This document shows, one piece after another, positions 41,880-53,700 of a stretch of DNA of 64,000 nt. The stretch lies in assembly GCA_051362555.1 (NCBI GenBank), contig CM120640.1:68674788-68738787 (forward strand), given 5' to 3'. Within the stretch, counting starts at the first letter, position 1; the number at the start of each line of letters is the position of its first letter. The translations under genes and the position numbers were made by a program. The notes below the pieces were generated by a model. It was given only the letters and a program-made list of their open reading frames with translations. It did no database searches and was not told the origin of the DNA. The DNA comes from Lingula anatina. Its lineage: Eukaryota > Animalia > Brachiopoda.

Positions 41880-42025
41880 ACTTACACCTTGGATTAATAA
41901 CAAAACACCTGTAACAACCTGCGCTTCTGCACAACAGATATGGCCGACCTCGAGTTGTTTTGATTCAATGTGTCACGTGACTACGACGAGTTTCGATTGG
42001 ACAAATTGAGCAAGTGCGCCATCTG
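41880..42025 (-). promoter_or_regulatory. PDCD4 non-coding first exon and promoter
   Basis: Minus-strand GTAAGT donor at ~41885 and tttacag acceptor at ~41778. Perfect palindromic GTCACGTGAC at 41972-41981, CCAAT (attgg on plus) at ~41996 and CGCCATCT (YY1-like) at ~42017. Confidence 0.6.
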
Positions 42026-43637
42026 GAATAATGCGTTGTAAACATCCCCTTGCCACGTTTACATGCATTGATGACTCAAAAAATTCCCTAAATAAATGAT
42101 AATCATCGAAGATCTTATAACGCACTGAATTGTTTCGAGGATGAGAATTTGGGGGGAAATTTTTATTTTGTGAATTATAAATACAACCTAAACTAAAATG
42201 TTACTAGTTTTTTTCTGTTTTTACGTACTCGATCTTTCATGTAAACGAACGGCTTATATAAATACTTGTAGAAAAAGGCTTCTATTTTTTGACGTCATAA
42301 TATTAGCATAATCATGATTGTTTTCCATTATTGAAGCGCGTTATTGTGACTAAAACATGGTATAAAATACTTTTACTTCAATTCCAATACAGCTGACATT
42401 CTAACTTAAATTAAAAAACAAATATATTTAGTGTTACCAAAGAAAAATATGAAAATAAAAATAAATGGTTTTTGTGAACAGCTTACATTGCCAAGTTCCA
42501 CAACTACATATTTTTAATTCAAACCCCATGTTCATTCAGGTTATTTCAGAACCCCTAGAATTATTTCATTACTTTAAATTGGTAAGAGTACCTAAGAAAC
42601 ATCCAAGAGCCAACAGAATGTCACCAAACAGTCAGCTCATTTTTTGGTTTGTTCAGAATCAAAAAGGTTTATTCAAATGATTTTTTATACACCATCAGGT
42701 GAATATTTAGCCTACCATACTGCATCTTTCAATATGGAAGCTTACAATACCAACACAGAAGTGTTAGTGTTCCAAATATGTAGGATTTAAGAGAAAGAGA
42801 GAAAATAAAAAGAAGCTGATAAGATGAATATTTATTTGAATATAATATCATGTAGAAAGACTATAGGAGTATCTTTCTTATTTACATGTAGCTATCTATA
42901 AGACCAAGTTTATATATACAGAAGCTTGTCTCCCTATCTATATACATCATTAGGCAAGTAACAGAACTATTACACATTCAGTTTACTTGGTATAAGAAAC
43001 AGAAAGTTGATGGTACATGATCTGAGTTCATTCATTCATCACAAACACAACCACGATCAAAATCATACGAATCAGCATAGCATTCCAATTCAAAATCTGC
43101 CCCAAAACTCAAACAGAAGCACCACAAAGTAATAATCTGTAACGTTAGTGGGGTTGGTACATAGAGCAGGTCAATGGGAAACGGTAACATAGAGCAATTG
43201 TCTAAAAGATGACATAATGTAGAGAAAATGACATGTAATCTAATATACAGTGACAATAGAAGCTTCACAGAGCAAACTGACTTAAATCAGTGAAGATTGA
43301 ATAGACAAATTTTCATTACTACTTGAATTTGAACCCTTGTGTATCATACCCAGGATAACTTGATTTATTACTTTGAAACCCTCGCTGAATAGAGATAATG
43401 TATGGTAGAATCTACTCCACATGTCAGAATAACTTCATACAGCAATTTTCACATAGGAAAATGTACTCGAAAGTTATTTCAGTATATGTCAACTTCATAA
43501 CTAAAAGCATTTTTAAAAAATGTTTTTTGCAGCTATGTTTCATATGTATATATTATCTATTATGAACATATAAATTCTTTTGTTGCAGATAAACCATAAA
43601 CATGAACACTTAACAAAAATCAATTCACATTAATAAA

Positions 43638-45282
43638 TTAATTTCTTCTGGATCTCAGTCTTCTCTTAACAATGTCATGGGAACTGTCTTTCTTACATGT
43701 GTCTTCTGTGGAAGTAATTATCTGAAAAATACCCAAACAGATATGAAATATAATGCAGATACACTGTGCAACATCTGAAATACCAAAAAATTCAGACAGT
43801 TACCTAAAATTACCGCTTAACAGCAAGTTTTTCTCAATCAACCTGATATTACCTTAATCTTTTAGTTAATCTACTGAACCTATCCAGATAATAAACGCCA
43901 GAGACAGGCATATAACCCACCATGTTAGGCGCACAATCAAAAGGAGCTGATATGTCAGTCTTGAACAGTTTTCTTTTCTTCTTCTCTGTCGTAGGTGGTG
44001 GTGGAGGGGAGGAGGTCGACGACGGAGACTTCACTGGCGAGGTCATACTGTCCCAGATTTTTTTTGCTGTGGAGGTAGAGGTGAAGTCACATGATTTTGA
44101 GGTCTCTGAAATTTGTGTGTGCAGCAAGGAGTAAAGAGCTTCATTGCTCATCAACAGGCGTTAATGGATAACTTCACAAACAGGTTCCTCACCTACCAGG
44201 AGGCCCAGTGCTACATCAAATATTTCTCTTACATTACTCTTACACCCAAGAAATAACTTTTATTCTTTCAAAATTCCCAAAAGAATACAGGCAATCTGAT
44301 AAATAAGGAGCTGTTTGTTTCCAGAAAACAAGCATAACTTATTTTGCAAAAATCTGTTAGAGTAAATAAGAAATAAAAGCATATTTAAAAAATCACACTT
44401 TAAGTAAATTCACTCTTGCAATATTGTAGGATTTTATTTCAACAGAATCTTCAAGTCGAACCACTCAGATTTAATGTTTGTTATTTTCTTTTTTCTATGT
44501 GAATAAAAATATGTATTGGAGTATTGTTAAGATAATGTCACCAAAAAAGTGTTATGCTAGTGGTTGGAACAGCTGTCAGCTAAAAATGGGAGTTACTAAT
44601 CAACAAAGTGACTGCATCATACTTCATGCAGAAAAATGTTCCAAGCAAGGACAATGTTATATCAGTTTTTTTGGCTTTTAAGTTGTGCACATATACATGC
44701 CTACAAGTCATTATTAGTTTAAAAACAAAATCAAAAAAAATTCTGATAATACCTGACTTTCCTATGGGGGAGTTGGTCAGAATGTTGCCCAGTTTTGACA
44801 GGCCATGTCTCTTACTGGCTCTGTCTTCTGACCTCTGGAACTGGTCCTGCTCCTGGAGTGAAACAAAAATGCTACACTTCAAAGAATGGATATAATTTCC
44901 CCTTGGTATTTTAAAATAGATAAAGAGAACATTGGAGAAAATCACCTATTTCATGTGAAACTATGATATCAACAGTATCTAAATGTTAGCGTTGTTCAAG
45001 GTAAACAATTACTATTAAAAATGCTTAAGAACAAAATTTAACACAGTTTCATGCAAAAACTGAGACTTCTGTTTATACGAGCTGAGCATATATTTCACCT
45101 TGTCTGTGCTATATGACTGATTCTCTTGATTTTCTTCCTCTTTGATCTTCTCCACTTTTGACCTGGTCCTACTTCCTCTGGTGGCCCTCCTTGTCTTTGG
45201 AGGAGTTGTCTGAAAGAATTAGCTGGTTCTTTGTTAGAAAACTGAGATAACCATCTACAAAGCCTTGTAAATAATTATTTGG

Positions 45283-45361
<79 letters not shown>

Positions 45362-47685
45362 AAATATCTGAAAGTTTATATTACTTACAGTAATTACAGG
45401 CAAACACCAAGATCAATTTTGCCATGACTAGCATACCTCAGCAGTCTCTACACTCTTCCTCTTCTTGCCACGTGTCGTGCGTGTGGTCCGCCTCGTCTTT
45501 GCCACCTCAGGCGTTGCATCTATCTCCAGGTGTGTCGACGTGAAGGAGTCCTCCACCAGCACGTCGTCCTCGCTGACAGACACAGACACAGACCTGGTCC
45601 TAACAACCTGCTCCTAGGAAGAACAGCAAAACACTTAGATGCCATATCAACTGACTCAACACACAAAGAAAAAATCTAGTGCTATCTTTTGTTATTTGGC
45701 TTCCTCACTCCATAGCAGGGGTTAATGAAGAACTTCATATGGCACATTACTGATCAACCTACCAAATACTGTTTCAATCTTATTGTTTAAACAAAATCCC
45801 CTCCTCTGTACACAACTTTGCAGTCTGACATCTCATTTTCCCTTGGATATTGCAACTTGATCTATCTATTATTATTCTTTTCTTTTTCCCCTTTACTTAT
45901 TGTAAGGGGTATATATTCAAGGTGACATAATAAGCACACAGTTATCCAAATAGAACAGAAAACTGGACACATCAAAAGGAAATTAGCACATGGCTGCCAG
46001 ATGGTACAGGCGTAATTTGGCAATAGCAAAGGTCTACAAGCAGATTAAAAATCTAAACAGGTATACAATGACAAAATAATAATAATAATAATAAATATAA
46101 GCATGCTCATGGAAGGCTCTACGGTGAAATTATTAGAAACAAAATGCAACTCAACCATAAGACAAAACCAACAGGAGTTAAAAAAACAAGATATTACAAA
46201 AGAAGCCACTTTAAGCTAAATACAGTGAATATACAGTTATCAAAATAATGATTTCAAAACTATCTTAGGATAGCCTTGAAAAATCTGATAGAGTATTTTT
46301 TGAAAATCAAACAAAATGGCTCTTTTAGTCACTCTCATTAACCTGCTATAAAATTTTGAAGATTTATCCAAAAAAATTATTTCTAAAGAGCTAACATTAT
46401 TAAGACTCCAATGAGATATTATTGATAATGGTGAATTAATTTCTGGATGATCTACTGGTGATGCAATCAGATAATGCTTTTCTGGATTATTTTGTGCTTT
46501 AACAAAATTGCAATAAAAAGGGTGGAAGAAGAGTATGTTGTGCAGATCTAATAAGCAAGCAAATAAATGAAATAAAAACACAACATCAATTTACCTCAAG
46601 AATTTTGATGTGGTTTTGTAATTGTTTGTTTGCTTCAAGAAGATCCCCAACAATTTCATCTTTAGACAGATAGACCTTATCGAGGGTCTTACTGACGTCA
46701 CTACTCCTTTCCCTCTCCCTCTCCAACTACAACAAGACAGTTGAAGCAGACCTTTTAACACTCAAATCATGCAACAGGGGGTATGGTTAGTGATATAAAA
46801 TAGTAATAATAATAATAATATAATAAAAAGAAAGGCAAACACATAACTGCAAAGACAAAATTGAAGTAAAGATAAAAAGAAGGTTGGGAATATAATTAAC
46901 ATGGATTTTTGGGGGCTAAAGCAAATTCATAATGATTTTCATGCTCTTTGCATACAAAACCTTATTTGTGAATCAACTTTCACATTTCAGGCAACAGATG
47001 TTTAATACAGAAAGATATTTTTAACAATGTCTACCAACATAACCAGGCAGTCAATTATTATACTTCATATAAGCAATGCTTTAAGAGATTCATAAAAGTG
47101 ATATTTTTAGAGCAGATAGTATTTATCTAGATACTGAAATGTTTGCAAACAGTTTGCGCACTTTTTACAGTCCTACTACAGAGAACTCTGATACTGAACT
47201 ACAGTATCATCTACGCAGTCTGTGTGATGGGAGGCATTTATGCACAGGTTGAAGTCTATACTATGGGAGAAATAACATGGGCACGTGCACCTGGAGACCA
47301 TAAAAACCCTATTAGCACACCCTCCCTCCATCTTCAGCCTGTATCCCACTCACCTCCTCCTGCAGGTTTTTCACCTCCCTGGCTGTGCGGTGATGGTGGT
47401 GGTGGTGGTCCTGTTCTGCTCTAGACTTCTCTCCTCTCTTGGACCTGCGGTTATTGGAGCCAGCGCCCAGTGCTGCAGACGCCCCCTGCTGGTTCAGCTG
47501 GTCTAACAGCTTGGATATTGTCAAATCCTTGTCTTTTACTTGGTTTTCTAAATCTCTCACTGTTGAGTACTTGACCTACAATTTGTCCAGAATGTCAAAC
47601 ATGACTAAACAAAACTCCAACATAAATTTTTAATAAATCAAAATGTTTAGTTCTCACTTTTCAGACAAACAATCTTTGCTCTGAC

Positions 47686-47732
<47 letters not shown>

Positions 47733-50700
47733 GATAAGATTTATATATCGATAAGGATATTGCTAATCACTTCATGAACAATTGCAAAATACCTCTCCTT
47801 CATTGCCACCATTTTCCTTGAGGCTCTTAATTTCTGCATCTTTGTCCTTAATCATCTGCCCTAGCTGTTTGGCAAGCTGGTCACGCTTTTCTCTGAACTC
47901 CTGTATGATAAGATAGATTGGAGCACAATGTGAACCGGTTTTGAAACCACACTCTAATGTCAAGCAATCGCCATAAACTAGTTCAACTGTTATGTTTAAA
48001 TTGCTCCGAGCATCAGGTTGTGGAACTAGACAGAAGGGACACACAACTACCTGTGTTACTTCTAACTGTGATTCACACATAAATTTTGCCTACTAAAAAG
48101 ACAAAAATTCACATATCAAAATATCTCTGACCAACTGACTTATTAAATACAAGTCATACCTTGAGTTCAGCCTGCTTCTTCTCTTCTGCAGAAGCCAGTT
48201 CCTTGTGCAGTTTATCAAGTTCCCTTTGCATTTCGCTGATGGCATCCTCCTTAATCTAAAATTATATAAATAAATAAACACTGTTTATACTACATTAATT
48301 CTCAAATGCTACAACATGCATATCCCATTTTCAATTCCGATGTATACACTTTGTTTAGAATTCTCTACCATTTCCATCCTTTTTTTTCCTCTCACTGACC
48401 TTGACCTGCATACTGAGTTGCCGGACCTCCTTGCTGGCATCATTCGCCTTCTGCTTCGTCTTCTCCAGGTTCTCCTGAATGGACTGCTTGGCCTCTGAGG
48501 TGGCTTTGTCCACTGCTTGCTGAACAACTTTCTCCTGGTCAAACTTCAGGGTCTCCAACTGCTGACGGGTGTCTGGAATATCAAACAGATCTGTGTTCAC
48601 AAATTCATTGTAAACTTAACTGCACCAGTTAAACGGAGTGTGATTCAAAAACCACATATTTTGTAAAATGACAAAATTGCTTTCTAATATCAACAATTCC
48701 CCACTCACTTTAACCAGGAGGAAATGTTTGGGTTTTTTTAAAATAAATTACTTTGAAACAATAACCTGATATCATACAGTCATAACGATACGCTTATTTA
48801 TGAGTATTTATTATATAACAATGTATCACTTACCTGAAAGCAGTTTCTCCATTTCTCTCAGCTCCTGCTCATTCTCCTTGAGTACTCTGTCCATCCTGGC
48901 CTTCTCAGTCTCCATCTTGGTCAGCTTGCTGGCCTGGCCTTCCACCTGCTTCATCAGGCCCGTCTTGATCTCGTCCAGTGTCTTCTTCTCTGTCTCCAGG
49001 TCCCGGTACAGCTGCTGCCAGTTGTCAGACTCCTTGCTGGAGGTACGTTTACTGGACTGCAGCTCAGAGTGCCTTTCCCTGAGCTCTTCTAGTTCTGAGA
49101 CAAAAAATTAAAGAGGGAGATTTATTTAAATTTGATCAACTTGACATAATATTATACCCTGCACCTCTTGTATTGAACCTAAATAGACAGCCACAGCAAA
49201 ACGTTGACAGCTTATTGCTAATAAACTAACCAAAAAAGAAGAAATATATATTTCACATCAATATTTGAACTCATATTTTAAAATTTAAGACGTATTTCTG
49301 TACCTCACTTCTAAATTTTTATGAAAGGTAAGAATGATCATTCAAAGCTGCAAAATAATACCTAGCACAAGCACACATGACTCACCTTGAGAGAGGTCCC
49401 CAATCTGTTTTTCCCTACTGTTCAGCACCTTGTCTTGTTGCTCCATTACGCTCTCCTGTTCTGCAAGGGCCTCCTTCAGAGTCTCTATAAGCATTTCATT
49501 TGATTTGGCATCTGAAAAGACAACAAGAAATCATTGAAAAAAGTTATCCTAAAGAATTATGACAGATACTAAAATTGGCCTGTAAAAATTTAGATAAAAA
49601 TGCACAGCTGGTGTTTTTATCTTCCACTGTAGGTGCACTTCTAATAAATACACACAAAAAGGAAATATGTTTTGCAAAATAATAGAAGTTGTTTATATAT
49701 CCAACGGGTAACGTTCTCACCTTTAAGAGCCAATTCAAAGCTGTTCCGCTCAGTCTCAATCTTGGTCCAGAGCTCGGAGATAGTTTTGTTCTTGTTCTCA
49801 ATTTTCTGGTCTCTGTTTCTCAGCTCTTGCTGCAACTCTTCAACTTCCTTGCCCTTGGCAGACAGGGCTTCCGCGTGTTCCTTCAGGATTTTCTGCTGGC
49901 TGGCTGACTCCTTCTGTAAGAAAGTTCAAACACTTTTAAAAAGCACATCCCATACACCATTTCAGTACACTAACAAACAGTCAACTGGGTAATTATTTTC
50001 ATTTTTTAAAACATCTTATCCAATTTGCTACTTGACAAACCAATTTGTGCCATGTGTTCAAGTAATTACAATGGAAAACAACTTATTAATAAAAATTAAC
50101 TCAAAGAGTGCAGTATTCTGCTTTATGCTTTGATTATTTGGTTATAAAGCCTAAAGAAATTGGTAATATGGAAAAGCTAACCATTCTACAATAGTTCACA
50201 AGCATAGTAAGAGTACTTTGAGAAAGTTTCCACTAATGCCACCACCAAGGATCACACTGCGAGTGAGACAGAAAAGAAAGTTTACATTAGTGAAAGCAGC
50301 GGAAAGAATTATATGTGTGCCGCACACCTCTAGCCTAGCACAAGCAGCTGAATTCTCCTGTTGTTTCCTATCGTACTCCAGCAGGCTCTGGTTGGCGCTA
50401 AGGAGCTGGTCCTCCAGCAGGTTGTACTTGCAATTCTGCTCTTCCATAGAGCGTGATGCCTCCTGGAGCTGACTCCGCAGGGTAGCCTCTCTCTCCTGGC
50501 ACTGCAGCACACACACACAAAACAGCAGCAGCATTAATACAGGTGGCTAGGTGCACTGCAGTACAAACTCTACATATGCTACTAAATCACTCACTTGATT
50601 TCTTTTCTTGTGTTATTAAGATCTTACTTTGCTTTCAAAACTCTGTCTCTCTCTCTCTCTATCACACACACATCCAAACACAGCATTAGTCAAAACCAGT

Positions 50701-53700
50701 CTTTTCAACCTTTCAGTGTACTCCAAATGTTAGCATTCTGTAATTCTTGTTGCTCTTGCACAAGGACAGCATCCAGGCCCAAAATCAGTTTCTTGGATTT
50801 TTCTTTCATTAGTTGACATTCAGAAAGTCTAAAGAAAGCTAAAAAGGTCACGTATATGGTCAGCACACTATTTTAAGACTGAAATTCCTTACCTTCTTCA
50901 GGTCTTCCAGCAGCTCATCAACCTTCTTCTTTGACTCCTCCAGTTTAGAATATTCCTCCCTCAGCTGAGTGGTGGACTCTTTCTTAGCCTGCAGTTCCTG
51001 TTGGAACGTCTCCAAGTTCTGCTTGGCTGCCGTCTCGTGTTCAGTGGCTACCTTTACCTGGAACAACATATAACAAATCATTTTTAACACTAAATCAACT
51101 CCTTTACTAGGTTCTTGGTTCTGCTAATAAAATCAAGGAGACAATTGTGAATTAAGTTCAATGTACAAAGCTATTGAATATCCACTCATCCTTAATGTCC
51201 AACCAGATACAGAGTAGAATTTAAACAATCAGTCTGATGGTCTCAGCAACTTTAGCTGTAATCCTAATGGACATGATCATAATGTCCTTCAAACTCTCAC
51301 CTGGTCATGTAATATGGCTGTCTCATTTTTAAGCAGGTCAATTTGCTTCTGGTATTTCTGCACAGAGTCCTCTCTGCTACTGAGTTCATCCTGGTACTTC
51401 TGCTCCAGTCCCTCTATCTTTGCAGTTTTCTCCTCCAGCTCCTGCTTAAGTCTGGCAACTTCAGAGTTCAGGTTGGAGACGTGGTCACTCTCTTCTTCAG
51501 AGTCATCCTTCAATCTGACATTTTCTTGTCTGAGCGCGGTCAGAGTGTCTCTCAAAGTGGCCACTTTTGTTTCAGAGTTCTGTAACTTGGTTTCGTTTTC
51601 TTGTAAATCACGTTCCAGTTTTGCGAGTTGGTTATTCAGTTCCTGTATGGCACTTTCTTTGTTTCTGAGTTCTTCATTTTCTGAGGAGATTCTGGACTCC
51701 AGGGCTGACTGCAACTCCTCCTCCAATTTAGTTTTTTCTTGTAAAGTCTTTTCACACCTTTGTGAAATGTCTGCCATTTCAGATTTCATTAAATCATACT
51801 GTTCATTTGCTTTGAAAAGCTTATCCGCATTTTCATTTTTCTCTTTCTCAAGTCGTTCAATCTCTTTCAGCAAATTACCCTCAAGTTCCGATGAACTTGC
51901 CTTGAACTGTTGGAGTATTTTATCATTTTCTTCCTTTTCTGATGTAACTTTGTCCAATTTTTCCTTAGTCTCACTTTGCTCTGCATTTTTTGTTTTTAAC
52001 TCTGACATAGCTTCCTCTAATTTCATCTTATTCTCATTCAGCTCTGCAGTTTTTATTTTTAATTCTGACATAACTTCCTCCAACTTCTCTTTACTTTCAT
52101 TCAGCTCTTCAATTTTTGTTTTCAACTCTGCCTCAAGCTGAGCTGCAGACTGCCGCACAGCATCCAAATTTGACTGCACCTCTTTTAACCTCTCTTCCAC
52201 CTTGGCATGCTCTTTCTGAAGTTGAGCATTTGAAGATTTTGTCAGTCGCCATTCTTCGTTACTTTTCTGCAAATCCTCCACACTCTTCCTCAACTCAGAA
52301 ACTTTCTCTTCAGCCGCCGAGCAGTCTCTGGTTTTAGCATCCAGTTCTCCCTGCAGTTCTTTCGCCCTTTGCCTCAGTGTTTCCGTCTCCCTCTCCGTGT
52401 CCTGGAGTCTGGAAGCCAAGGCATCCAGTGCCTGGACCTTGGCCCTGTGGCCCTCAGTCAGCTCCTCCAGCTTCCTCTGCATGTCCTGCTCCTTCTCCAC
52501 ATGGTGCCTCACACTGGCCTTGGACGCCTCCAGATCTCCCTCCAGGTCCTCGATCTGAGAACTTAGGGCCGCAGTCTTGCTCTCCAGCTGCTCCCGCGAT
52601 GCCTTCAGTTCCTTTTCCCTCTCTGCCAGCTGAGACTTGAGTGTTTTTATCTCGGCAGTTCTTTCCTCACTGACGTCTTCATTCTCAGTGGCAATATCTA
52701 AAGACATTTTCAAACCTGCAATTTTGGTCTGTGCTTCTTCGTACAGTTTTTCATATCTTTCATTTTCTTTTTCAAGATGGCACAATTTCTCAGATGTCTC
52801 ACAGTGGACCCTTCTTTCTTTTTCCTGCACCCCTTCAAGTTTTTCAATCTGCAGTTGCAAGTCTATTATCTCTTTTCTTTCTTTTTCTTGCTCTTTCAGT
52901 ACGTCATCATATTTGCACTTTAATGATGTCACTTCTTTCTCCTGCTTTGCGCAGTGACCATTGCTGTCTTTGAATGCAACAAGCTCTTTCTCAAGCTGTT
53001 TGATTTTAGCTTCCTGCTGTTGGTTTGAAGTCGACATTGTAGCAACTTCATCAGATAATAGTTTGTTTTTGTTTGCCAGAGCCTTACTTTCTTCCTCAAC
53101 CATCTGTAATCGATTAAGAACTTCATCTTTAGTTTGCACTTCTGTTCTGAGGTCTGATTTTAAGATGTCTATCTCACTCTTCAGTTTGTTAATTTCATTG
53201 TTCTTTTCAATGCATTCCTGTGAAAGACGATCAATTTCAGCATGCTGGCTACCTTGGGAATCCTTCAGTGACTGCTGCTGTAGTTGCTCTTTTCCCAGTG
53301 CAGTTTCATTTTCCATCACCTTCTGCTGTAGACTGGCAATAAAGGCTTCTTTCTCAACTAATTTTTCATCCAATTCTCGTTTCTGCTTCTCCAGCTCGCT
53401 GCATTTATGTTCTAGTACATCCTTCTCCTTACACTCTTCTTTCTTGGAGTCTTCACCCTTCTTCTTGTCTTGTGCCAACATTTCCTCCAGCTCCTGAATC
53501 CTGTACTGGAAGATGGTGACATTATCGGCGGCATTGGCATACTTCTCCTGCTCAGACTCCAGGTCAGATTTCAGTTCCCTCACCTGGGTCTCCAAGGCGG
53601 CTACCCTCTCACAGGAGGCTGTCAGTTCAGAGGCCTGGCTCTGGCACAGCACAGACACATCCTGAGACTTCTGCAGACCAGACTTTGCACCCTCCAGCTC

